A DNA stretch of 64,000 bases, taken from positions 8,504,698-8,568,697 of the forward strand of contig OZ037765.1 of assembly GCA_964035545.1 (NCBI GenBank). The letters are read 5' to 3'. The translations under genes were made by a program, and so were the position numbers. The notes below the pieces were generated by a model. It was not told where the DNA came from. It saw only the letters and a program-made list of their open reading frames with translations, and did not search any database. This DNA is from Bugula neritina. Lineage: Eukaryota > Animalia > Bryozoa. Positions 52,286 to 61,876 of the stretch are shown here, in pieces (within the stretch, counting starts at the first letter, position 1; every line of letters starts with the position of its first letter).

Positions 52286-54401
52286 TAAGAGTAAGTATAA
52301 GTGAAAGTATATACTATAAAATGAATTCATTAACTAACTTTAAACACCAATAAAACTATTCTTTATCATACTTAACGAACAACTAAATCACCGCAATTAT
52401 TAGCATTAAATTTAGTATTAGTATTGCATTCACTAATACTATTAGTATTAGTATTTGTCTTTAATGAGTAATGACACCGTAATCGGAGCACTACTGGTAC
52501 TAGTATTACTAGTTCCTGCTCGTGTTACTGCTAGTTCTATTACTAGTACTACTACTGCTGCAGTTACTACTATCATTACAACTATTAGTTGTTGCCGTTA
52601 ACTTTCAACAATCACAAAAATCAAAGGAAATGTCAGTCAGTCTCAATGTTAATTTTTAATGCTTATACCGACATCAAATTCAATATAAATAGTAAATTAC
52701 AAAATGGAAATGATTCTGATAACTCATACAGATACTCAGTCTCATAGAGTCCATATTGATACTGCTAGTCATACTTATAGTTAATGTTATACTCATGGTG
52801 ATACTCATATTTAATTTTATACTGATGGTCATACTCATGGGATAGTCTAAGACTAAGAGTAAGTTAGTAGTACTAGTTACTGAAATCGAATACTCCCATT
52901 CGCCTTCGGCATTCTCATTCGGCATTCAGCCATTCTGATTCATAGAACACTTGGGAACACTTAAGAAGTGCCTCGTTTGTTTTAAAGTGTGAGTATAGGC
53001 TAATAATCATAATGATAATGTAATACTAACTCTAAGTCCAAGCACTAGCAGTAATTCAAATTGATACCGATTAGATCTGGTGGTTGGATTAATTATTGAA
53101 TTTGATTTGGTGTCAGTGTAAGTGCTACTACTAATACTGTATTAACTGCTAACTCTAAGTAAAAGTTACACTTTGACCTACAGTCACACTCTGACTCACA
53201 GTCAGTGTCACTGTCTCACTCTCACAGTCACTCTCACTCTGAGTCTCAGTCTGATTGTTGCATTTGTAGATGAGGCGTTATCTTTTTGCTCTCAGTAGAA
53301 GAAAATATTTTTGATTCCGTTACACAGATTATTTTTACGTTTTACTAACAATTTTTAATATTATCAATATTTGTAATTACAATTTGATATAATATCATTA
53401 TACATTTATTATTTTATAAGAGTTCTCAACGAGTATTCACTCACACATTCATTCGTGGAATAGCTCCATATCCATAAAAGCAATAGAAATGTGTTATCTG
53501 AAAGCTCTGTAAGAACACATGCTTTATAGTGGGATAACTCTATATAATATAAAAATTATCTAAGAATAATGAGTTAAATTTCAAAGTCTATATTTATGCA
53601 GAGTTATCTTCTTCCCAATGCCTGCAATAAAATCCTATGCAGCATTCAGTGCAATGATCATTTATGATCAAATTTATGACAATAATGGTTGCATTTGACT
53701 TCGTGAATTTAACGTCCGCCCACTAGCTTGATCCTAACCTGTTATTCTCCACTCATGTGGGATACAAAAAATTACGCGAAGACGTCTTGTAGTTTCATTT
53801 CCGCGATACTTTGCATTAGGTGTGATTCTTATACTTATACTAAAATTGTTTATAAAATTAAATCTATCAATATGTAAATTAAATATTATAAATAACCCTG
53901 ATTGACATTTGACATGTATTGAATTGTGCTAATGGATTATGCATGCAAACATCAATTCATCATTTTAATTGATCTTTAGGTATGTTACTGTGAGTGTGTT
54001 CGTGTTACTGTTACTGTTAGTCTAAGTCTTGCTAAATGCTGGTGTGATGTTTTCACTATCAGTTTTGCATTCAGTTTCAGCATTGTCATTGTGCCATTGT
54101 TAATCGTAATGAAAAGTTAATGTTATACTTAATCTTATAAGTTATAGTTGATATTGTAAAACATTAAAACTAGCAGTTACTGTTAGTGTTACACTTACTG
54201 TTAGTGTTACATTGAGTGTAGCTGAATCAAAAGGCTGAATCATATTATTTATATTCATGTTTAATTTGAGTATTCATATTCATTTCATCATTTGGAATAC
54301 GGGTAGGGTTATTTAATTTTATAATAATCTTAATATTATAATAAATATAATATAAACCATAATCTAATACTAATACACTTACAGTAATAGTAATTCAATA
54401 T

Positions 54402-54813
54402 TGTTGTAGATTCGCACAAATATACCCTGTCCTTGTTTATTTTAGAGTTATATTCCCTTGCGCACGTTCCTTTTTTTTTGTTATTATTATTATATGTAAG
54501 CCGAGACTCGTGCGAGGTCGGAGCCCGAAGACGCGATATCGGAGGGGCCTGCCCGAGATCGGGCAGGTCTTCCTCCGATGTCGGTCGGCGGAACTCCGAC
54601 GTTCGCGCGAGTTTCGGTCCCTCATTAAGTGGCGGGAATTTCCCCCTATATAAGTACGAAGTTTTTAACAGAGCAATCAGTCTAACACTGGAGCTCACAG
54701 AGGAAACATCAATAAAGACTATTAGAATCAATATTTTACAAAGACTTTATTTCTATCACAATAACTGGCATGCAGACTACTAGTCTATTCTTATAATCCA
54801 CAAAATCACAACA
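54402..54813 (+). repeat. 5' LTR
   Basis: Direct repeat of 61889-62300; TATATAA 54647-54653, TCAGT initiator 54677-54681, AATAAA 54711-54716. Confidence 0.97.
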
Positions 54814-54814
54814 T

Positions 54815-54832
54815 TGGTGGCAGCGGTGGGAT
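54815..54832 (+). other. Primer-binding site complementary to tRNA-Leu 3' end
   Basis: TGGTGGCAGCGGTGGGAT, 1 nt after the LTR; reverse complement ATCCCACCGCTGCCACCA matches the 3' end of animal tRNA-Leu(AAG/TAG) as I recall it. Confidence 0.88.
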
Positions 54833-54885
54833 TAGAATAGACTAGTACGACAAGCAGCCATTAGAGAGAAAGAAAGAACAGCACA

Positions 54886-55836
54886 ATGGGGGACGAAGGA
54901 GAAGCAGAAGTCATGGTAGAAGGAGAAGAAGAAGTCATGGTAGAAGGAGAAGAAGAAGGAGAAGGGGACCGTCTCACCATGGAGACTCTCATCGCAGCCC
55001 TCCGGGAGGTCAGCAAGGCCGGGCAGGCAGCACCTGGAGACAGGTATCGCCTGAGGCCCCCGATTTTCGGAGGCGATGGGGACATAGAGCAATTCATCAG
55101 GGAGTTTGAAGAGGTAGCCACCCTCGCCGAATGGCCGGCACCGGTGCGCCTTCTTCACCTCCGTACCTGTCTGACAGGTCAGGCAAAGAGTTATGCTCTG
55201 GGACCCAATACAGCGCACATCTTTCAGGCCCTCAGGTCGCGTTTCGGGCTAACCGCCCGCGCCGCCAGGGACAAATTGCGCACCATACGCCGAGACCGGA
55301 AGACCTCACTCCAAGACCATGCGAACGCTATTGAGGCACTAGTACCAGTAGCCCATAGCGACGACACACCGGCAGCACAAAGAGGTGCTGTGTATGAAGC
55401 CTTCTTCCACACAATCAATAACCCTGGACTACAGCGTTATTACTTGGCAGCCAAGGTCACCACTATAGAGGAAGCCTTAGCCCTGGGCAAGGCTTACTAC
55501 CAAGTGGAGGGACCTCAATGTGCGGATTTCACCGCTTGTCAGATTGAGGAACGACCCGAAGTCGCTAAGCCGGATCAGCCAAACCCACAGGCCGTGGCGG
55601 CTGCTACTACTTCGTCACCTGACCAGATGACCATGCTGATGGACATGGTAAAGGGATTGCAGGCAGAGATGAAACAGATGCAGAGAGAACAGGCTGATAA
55701 ACGAAACCCCCGACCCCGGGGTGAACCAGCCGGTACTACCCACCTCACCTGCTGGGGGTGTGGTGCCAGGGGACATGTACGAAGGCAATGCCCTCACGAA
55801 AGAAGGATGCCTTTAAACACCCGGGGCTCGCGGTAA
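54886..55836 (+). CDS. gag: Gypsy Gag with CCHC zinc knuckle
   Basis: Capsid-like PPIFGGDGDIEQFIREFEEVATLAEW..LTGQA..ALRSRFG; knuckle CWGCGARGHVRRQC; 24-bp acidic repeats at N-terminus. Confidence 0.92.
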   Translation: MGDEGEAEVMVEGEEEVMVEGEEEGEGDRLTMETLIAALREVSKAGQAAPGDRYRLRPPIFGGDGDIEQFIREFEEVATLAEWPAPVRLLHLRTCLTGQAKSYALGPNTAHIFQALRSRFGLTARAARDKLRTIRRDRKTSLQDHANAIEALVPVAHSDDTPAAQRGAVYEAFFHTINNPGLQRYYLAAKVTTIEEALALGKAYYQVEGPQCADFTACQIEERPEVAKPDQPNPQAVAAATTSSPDQMTMLMDMVKGLQAEMKQMQREQADKRNPRPRGEPAGTTHLTCWGCGARGHVRRQCPHERRMPLNTRGSR

Positions 55837-58800
55837 CCTCCGCCAACCGTGAGCCACCAGCCAACCCCATCCGGGAAGAAATGACCCAAGGAGCCTCTTC
55901 CAGGCCAGCCGAGGCTGCGTGGGGACGTTGGAGACCCCAAGGTCTGCCCGACTCTCCAACCCAGCCACCTACGACCCGGATGGGACTCCTAGATGCAGGA
56001 TGGCAGGCACCTCGGAGATCTCGGAGACCGCAAGGTTTACCCGATCCTCCGGCCTGGCCACTCCAAAACCGGTTCGCGGGGTTGCCCGAAGAGGCTGTGG
56101 AGGAAGAATCAGCTTACTCGCAAGAGTATCCAAAGCTACCCTCCCAGCCTCAGAAAACCCCCGTTGTCTGTAAGACGAAGAGGAGGCCCGCTGTAAGGAC
56201 CCAAGAGGTGTCCCCCCCAGAGACTGACCGACCCAGGAGCACCCAGCCGTATGGAAGCAGCTACTTCCTGCCCGGAAAAATTTCGGGTAAAGCTGCCACC
56301 TTCCTGCTGGACACAGGGTGCACTACAAACCTGCTAAGTCGGCGTCTCTTCGACACCCTTGGCGCCCGAGAGCGGGCGAGCCTCGAGCCATACGAAGGAG
56401 CACACGGTACGTTGGCGGACGGATCGTGTATCCCCTTCTACGGCATTATCACACTACCTGGACGAGTCCGTGATCAAGTAATTCACGAGACGTTCATTGT
56501 CAGCCACCTGAAGGAAGACGCCATTCTGGGAATGCCCTTTCTGGAGAAACACCAGTGTCACATGGATTTCCAGAAGTCGGCGGTGGTGATGGCTGGGAAG
56601 GAACTTGCCTGTGTGGACAAGTTTGGTAGGCCCTTGGTGGGCGGAGTCCAGGTAGTGCAGGACTGCATGATTCCAGGGAGATCCCAGGCTACTCTCCGAT
56701 GCAGGGTCAACTGCAAGGAGATCGCCGCACTGGGGGTGGTGGAGGGAACGCACGGAGCAATTCGACTGGCAAACAGCCTAAATCGGCTGGACTGTCGAAG
56801 AGAGCTCCTCGTGCAATGCATCAACCCCTTTGCGGAATCGGTCCGATTATCGGCTGGTGCACTGGTGGGGAAGTACCACTCCATCCATGAGGCGGATGTG
56901 GGTCCGGCACTGGAAACAGTGACCGACACCCAGGGAAACCCCCCTCACAACCACCGAGAAGCAGTCCCGGAGCATGTGGCTGGCTTGTACAGTGGAGCGT
57001 GTGGAAACTGTACGAGTAGTACTGAACGCCAAACACTGGCTCAACTACTCGCGGAGTACAGTGATGTCTTCAGTCGTGGTGATGAAGATATGGGGCTGAC
57101 TAAGGTTATCTCCCACGAGATACCCCTGGCAGCTGGCACCACTCCCATCAGGCAGCCAACCCGACGTCTGGGCCCGGAGAAGGAGAAGGAGGTGAGCCGG
57201 CAGGTGCAAGATCTTCTCGACCGGGATCTGATTGAGCCTGCCCACGGTGCGTGGAGCTCTCCAGTAGTCCTGGTCAAGAAGAAGGATGGTAGCTGGAGGT
57301 TCTGTGTGGACTACCGCAGACTCAACAGCGTTACCATCCAGGACGCTTACCCCCTTCCGCGGATAGATGAGTCTCTGGATGCCCTCGCGGGTAGCAAGTA
57401 CTTCAGTACTCTGGATCTGCTTAGCGGGTACTGGCAAGTACCCCTCAGTCCTGATGCTCAGGACAAAGCAGCATTCATTACCCGCGATGGGCTCTGGAAG
57501 TGGAAAGTACTGCCGTTTGGACTTACGTCCGCCCCGGCAACTTTCCAAAGACTCATGGAGCAGGTCCTCAGTGGGTTACACTGGAAGACCCTCCTAATCT
57601 ATCTGGATGACGTCATTGTCATCTCCCCAGACTTTACGACTCATGTCAGTCGTCTGCGGGAGGTCTTTGACCGACTCCGGGCTGCGGGACTGAAGTTGAA
57701 GCCCTCCAAGTGCGCACTCCTACAGCAAGAAGTCACGTACCTGGGCCATGTGGTTGGCCGTGACGGGGTCGCTACCGACCCAGAGAAGGTACAGGCTGTG
57801 AAGGAGTGGACCGTCCCCCGGGACCTCTCCGAATTACGGGCATTCCTGGGCCTGGTAGGGTACTACAGACAGTACGTACCCGGGTTTGCAGGAGTGGCTC
57901 AACCCTTGAATCGGCTAACCGCAAAGGGGGTCCGGTGGCAGTGGACACAGGAGGAACAACAGGCATTCGACCACCTCAAACAACGGCTAACAGAGGCGCC
58001 AATTCTGGCGTACCCTGACCCAGCCAAAGAGTACATCCTGGACACCGACGCCAGCGACCACAGTGTGGGAGCTGTTCTGTCTCAAGTCCAGGGTGGAAGC
58101 GAGGTGGTCGTGGCTTACTACAGCAAGACTCTCGCGGCCGCCGAGAAAAACTACTGCACCACTAGGAAAGAACTCCTAGCAGTAGTCAAGGCGGTCAAAC
58201 ACTTTCGGCCATATCTGTATGGGAGAACGTTCCGGTTGCGAACAGACCATGCATCACTGATATGGTTGTGTAAACGTGCAGAGCCCTCGAGTCAGGTGGC
58301 CTGTTGGCTAGAGATTCTTGCCGAGTTTTCCTACCGGATAGAGCACCGTGCCGGCAAGAAACACGGGAACGCTGATGGCATGAGTCGCCGACCGGTGGAG
58401 GACTGCAAGCAATGTCTACACATTGAAAAGCGTGATGGGGGACCTGCCCGCCCTGACGTCGAGGCACAGTTGGGAGACAATAACGTCTATTATTGGGAAC
58501 ACGGCCATCTTCGGCCTGAAACCCACTCAGACGACGTCCAGGCACTACGTGCCAACCCCACACTGTACCAGAACGTCAAGGAGCTGTGTCGACTGCAAGA
58601 AACACTCCCTGGATCGGTAGCTGACATTTTCCGAGCCAAGAAAAGAGGCAGCCGACCCTCGGAGGAACAGCAACGGCAGGGAGACGCTGAGTTTCAGTTC
58701 TTCTGCCGCCGCTGGAATTCTCTCCAGATTCGTTCAGACGGCCTCCTAACGATAACACTCGCAGCAGACAACCGACAACAGGAGAGGGATCGCGTCGTAT

Positions 58801-59921
58801 GCCCACGCGCTCTCCGTCGGGAAATCATCTGGGACACCCACAAACAGGCCCATGCGGGAGCCAGTCGGGTCATCAGATGCCTGCAGATGCGATGGTATTG
58901 GCCCGGGATGACCAGGGATGTGCGACTGAGAATTCGGCACTGTGAAGTCTGTCAGGCTAGCAAACACGGGCGCCCCACCGAAACCACGGGTCGGCGCCGG
59001 CTATACGCCGGCCGGCCTTGGCAGGTCGTGGCGGTAGATCTCGTGGGACCCATGCCCACGACCGAAAGGGGAAACTCCTGGATCTTGGTCCTTACAGATC
59101 ACTTCACACGGTGGGCGGATGCCCTGGCTATTCCCGACGCATCGGCACCCACAGTAGCCCGAGTCCTGGACCAGCATGTGTTCTGTTACTTCGGCCTACC
59201 GGAGCAGATACACACCGACCAGGGCGCCCAATTCCAATCACAACTAATGAAAGACCTCTGCCAAGTATGGGGGGTGAACCAGAGTCGGACCACCCCGTAT
59301 CACCCCCAAGGAAATGGGGTGGTTGAAAGAAACAACCGGATGTTGGGTGATGCTCTCCGGAGCCTCTTGTTGGGAAGGAGTCAGGAGGAGTGGGACGTCA
59401 TGCTACCACAGATTATGCGAGCATATCGAAGCACCCCCCACTCCAGCACACAGGAAACACCGAATCTGATGATGTTGGGCCGAGAAACCAGGGTACCAGA
59501 GCACCTCGCGTATCACATTCCCAACCCAGAATTCCCAGTGCACGAGTACGTGGGAAGGTTAGTCGGAATCATGCAGAAAGCTCATGATGCACTGAGAGAG
59601 AAACAGTGGCTGGTACGAACGGAAGATCCCGAGGAACCACCTCTGTATCGCGAAGGGGACTGGGTGTGGATGGTCAGCTACCGCAGGCGGCGCGGACAAT
59701 CGGCTAAATTACAGCCTAAGTTCGTCGGGCCCTACTGCGTGGTAGAGGTTTTACCAAACCATACATATCGTGTGGAACGCTCAGGACAGATATCTGTTCA
59801 AAACGAGCAGCGGTTGAAACCTTACCACGGAAGCCCGGAAGCCGCAGGACAGGCACCACCACTGTTGGAACCAGCACGACAGCCCATCTCCCGTGGGAGG
59901 ATGAATCAACCCCGAGAATAG
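55758..59921 (+). CDS. pol: Gypsy Pol (protease, RT, RNase H, integrase), probably entered by -1 frameshift near 55812
   Basis: FLLDTGC; WRFCVDYRRLN, LDLLSGYWQV, LPFGLTSAPATFQR, YLDD; LDTDAS, ELLAVV, TDHASL, NADGMSR; H..H/CEVC, VAVDLVG, IHTDQG, NGVVER, KFVGPY. Confidence 0.97.
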   Translation: MWCQGTCTKAMPSRKKDAFKHPGLAVTSANREPPANPIREEMTQGASSRPAEAAWGRWRPQGLPDSPTQPPTTRMGLLDAGWQAPRRSRRPQGLPDPPAWPLQNRFAGLPEEAVEEESAYSQEYPKLPSQPQKTPVVCKTKRRPAVRTQEVSPPETDRPRSTQPYGSSYFLPGKISGKAATFLLDTGCTTNLLSRRLFDTLGARERASLEPYEGAHGTLADGSCIPFYGIITLPGRVRDQVIHETFIVSHLKEDAILGMPFLEKHQCHMDFQKSAVVMAGKELACVDKFGRPLVGGVQVVQDCMIPGRSQATLRCRVNCKEIAALGVVEGTHGAIRLANSLNRLDCRRELLVQCINPFAESVRLSAGALVGKYHSIHEADVGPALETVTDTQGNPPHNHREAVPEHVAGLYSGACGNCTSSTERQTLAQLLAEYSDVFSRGDEDMGLTKVISHEIPLAAGTTPIRQPTRRLGPEKEKEVSRQVQDLLDRDLIEPAHGAWSSPVVLVKKKDGSWRFCVDYRRLNSVTIQDAYPLPRIDESLDALAGSKYFSTLDLLSGYWQVPLSPDAQDKAAFITRDGLWKWKVLPFGLTSAPATFQRLMEQVLSGLHWKTLLIYLDDVIVISPDFTTHVSRLREVFDRLRAAGLKLKPSKCALLQQEVTYLGHVVGRDGVATDPEKVQAVKEWTVPRDLSELRAFLGLVGYYRQYVPGFAGVAQPLNRLTAKGVRWQWTQEEQQAFDHLKQRLTEAPILAYPDPAKEYILDTDASDHSVGAVLSQVQGGSEVVVAYYSKTLAAAEKNYCTTRKELLAVVKAVKHFRPYLYGRTFRLRTDHASLIWLCKRAEPSSQVACWLEILAEFSYRIEHRAGKKHGNADGMSRRPVEDCKQCLHIEKRDGGPARPDVEAQLGDNNVYYWEHGHLRPETHSDDVQALRANPTLYQNVKELCRLQETLPGSVADIFRAKKRGSRPSEEQQRQGDAEFQFFCRRWNSLQIRSDGLLTITLAADNRQQERDRVVCPRALRREIIWDTHKQAHAGASRVIRCLQMRWYWPGMTRDVRLRIRHCEVCQASKHGRPTETTGRRRLYAGRPWQVVAVDLVGPMPTTERGNSWILVLTDHFTRWADALAIPDASAPTVARVLDQHVFCYFGLPEQIHTDQGAQFQSQLMKDLCQVWGVNQSRTTPYHPQGNGVVERNNRMLGDALRSLLLGRSQEEWDVMLPQIMRAYRSTPHSSTQETPNLMMLGRETRVPEHLAYHIPNPEFPVHEYVGRLVGIMQKAHDALREKQWLVRTEDPEEPPLYREGDWVWMVSYRRRRGQSAKLQPKFVGPYCVVEVLPNHTYRVERSGQISVQNEQRLKPYHGSPEAAGQAPPLLEPARQPISRGRMNQPRE
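55812..55855 (+). promoter_or_regulatory. -1 programmed ribosomal frameshift signal
   Basis: T TTA AAC in gag frame (55812-55818), 6-nt spacer, stem GGCTCGCGGT (55825-55834) / ACCGTGAGCC (55846-55855); pol is in the -1 frame. Confidence 0.85.
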
Positions 59922-60500
59922 GAAATAATAGTTCGCGACCCCAGGGAAGTCCATGACACCTCCGACGCCCCCCCACGGAGCCTGCCACCCACTCTACACA
60001 CCCCTGATTTACCCAGTCAGACCAGCCAACCAGAGACCCCCACTTCGCTAACACCGCCCCCAGAGGACCTTCCTTTGCCACCGACGCCTGTCCCAGACGA
60101 TACTCCAAGTCCACCAAACACCCCACATCAACCAAGCAACCCTACCACCCTTACGCTAGGGAGAGGGAGAAGGGACAAGAAACCGCCGGGTTACCTGGCT
60201 GATTATCACGTGGGATACATGGCTGAACTTCACCCTTCGATTCATTACCCTCAACCAGACTCGAATTCAGATTGTCACCCCGAAATAACCATAAATACAC
60301 TGACTACGCAAGAAAATCAAGACCGAAATTCGGAGGCAGCCCGACACCCGGAGTTGTCTGATTTAGTTGACCACTTGACCAGTCACGTGATCGGCGATCG
60401 CACGAGTTTTAAAATTAAAAATCAAAACTCGGCCATTTGCACTTCAACTTTGAACAAATCAACACGCTATTTTAAATTCAATTTAAAAAGTTTGAAAGAG

Positions 60501-61706
60501 ATGGAGCCCGTGACAGTTAATCAGACCCAACTCGCTACGATACCAGGTATTTCTAGCTTACTAGAACCTCCATTCACGGAGTGTAGTAGCTCTCTAGACT
60601 CATTTTCACCCGACTATCAGTGGGAAAATGAGCTGTTCTTTGATCACAAAGGTCAGGACGATGTAGAAGAGTCCCCAGTCCACGACTACCTGCTAGACCA
60701 GGAGGTTGGACGGGTTTCTCTTCGGCTATCACCTGACCTACCCATGTGTCAAAGAGTGCCTTATAAGGAGATGCCGAAATTCGGCACTCCTACGGCCAAG
60801 TCACCAAGCTCTCTGTTTTCTGTTGCAGAAGCCATGGAATGTGAGGAGGTCGGGTCGAGTCGTATCGACTCCCCGGCACCCACAGTTCCCGACCCGGCTG
60901 CTACCAGCCCGCCTGAGGATCCAGCACCAGAGCCTACGCTCACCAACCAGTCGGAAGCAGATACCCCCCCTCCAGCCGACGGTTTCCCGTCCGGTGAGGG
61001 CCCCCAGTTGAAGAGCGAGCCTCCTTACCAACAGCTAGCTCTCCCCCACATCTTGACAGAGCGCCTACACTGGACCACGGCAGAGACCCGTGCCAGGATA
61101 GAGCAGGACTGCGGGGCGGCCGGCAACCGCAAGTGCCGCCAGTGTAGTAAGAAATTTACTACGACCAGGCGACTGCGGGTGCACGTGCCCCAACACTATG
61201 CCAACGTCTTCTGCCCGTGTGGCGAATTCTCTTTTCAGAGAGATTATGTGCTGAGGCATCAGCGCATTGCCCGCTGCCACACGGGCCAGGTGTTTGTGGT
61301 TGACGAGGCGACATTTCCCGAATTTCGGGACTTGATTCTCCCTCACATCGGGGACCCCCATAAACGGGCAACACTCGCCCAGGGATTCCCGGCCTGCCGA
61401 CCATCACAAGATGCTACCGACGACGAGACACCACCTGCGGCCCAGCCAGCCGTCACCCGCCCTCTCCGGGTTGTGTTGGCTAGGGTCGACGGGAATACCC
61501 AGCAGATAGCCAGCCACAAGAGGCGGAGGCGCCAGGACCCTAGGACTCAGGGTTCCACCCCTACCCCAGCAATGCCAGCACGATGCCCCCATGAGACGGA
61601 GGTTCTCCGGCTGCGCCGGCAGGTACGCCGGCTGGAAGATGACATCCACACTGTTCGCCGCCGCCTGGACAGGCTCGAGGGCCGCAGAGGCGACCGTCGC
61701 AACTAA
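60501..61706 (+). CDS. Gypsy ORF3: C2H2 zinc finger / coiled-coil accessory protein (401 aa from the best-context ATG; frame open from 59922)
   Basis: gagATGG start; acidic/Pro-rich N-half; CRQC..HVPQH and CPC..HQRIARCH fingers (61134-61280); KRRRR; C-terminal heptads LRRQVRRLEDDIHTVRRRLDRLE; lies inside the element before the PPT. Start codon is inferred. Confidence 0.8.
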   Translation: MEPVTVNQTQLATIPGISSLLEPPFTECSSSLDSFSPDYQWENELFFDHKGQDDVEESPVHDYLLDQEVGRVSLRLSPDLPMCQRVPYKEMPKFGTPTAKSPSSLFSVAEAMECEEVGSSRIDSPAPTVPDPAATSPPEDPAPEPTLTNQSEADTPPPADGFPSGEGPQLKSEPPYQQLALPHILTERLHWTTAETRARIEQDCGAAGNRKCRQCSKKFTTTRRLRVHVPQHYANVFCPCGEFSFQRDYVLRHQRIARCHTGQVFVVDEATFPEFRDLILPHIGDPHKRATLAQGFPACRPSQDATDDETPPAAQPAVTRPLRVVLARVDGNTQQIASHKRRRRQDPRTQGSTPTPAMPARCPHETEVLRLRRQVRRLEDDIHTVRRRLDRLEGRRGDRRN

Positions 61707-61876
61707 AGGCTACCCTACCCTTATTTCCTGACAATCAGCCTGCTCAAAACTTTATTACATTTATATTTTTCTTAGTTCTCTTTGTAAACTTGTGCAACCC
61801 TAGATATTGTCTATTTGTATTATATATATTTGTTTTTTTTTGTTTTTTTTTTTGTATCGGAAAGTGATGCTTTCCA

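Noticed and set aside
54336-54783. ORFs inside both LTRs (also 61820-62270)
   Set aside because: Stop-poor because of the GC-rich hairpin; they cross LTR boundaries and show no recognisable domain.
55919-59587. Numerous short alternate-frame and antisense ORFs within pol
   Set aside because: Expected in GC-rich coding sequence; no motifs.
60075-61706. ORF3 as a retroviral env
   Set aside because: No signal peptide, no hydrophobic fusion or TM segment; motifs point to a nuclear protein.
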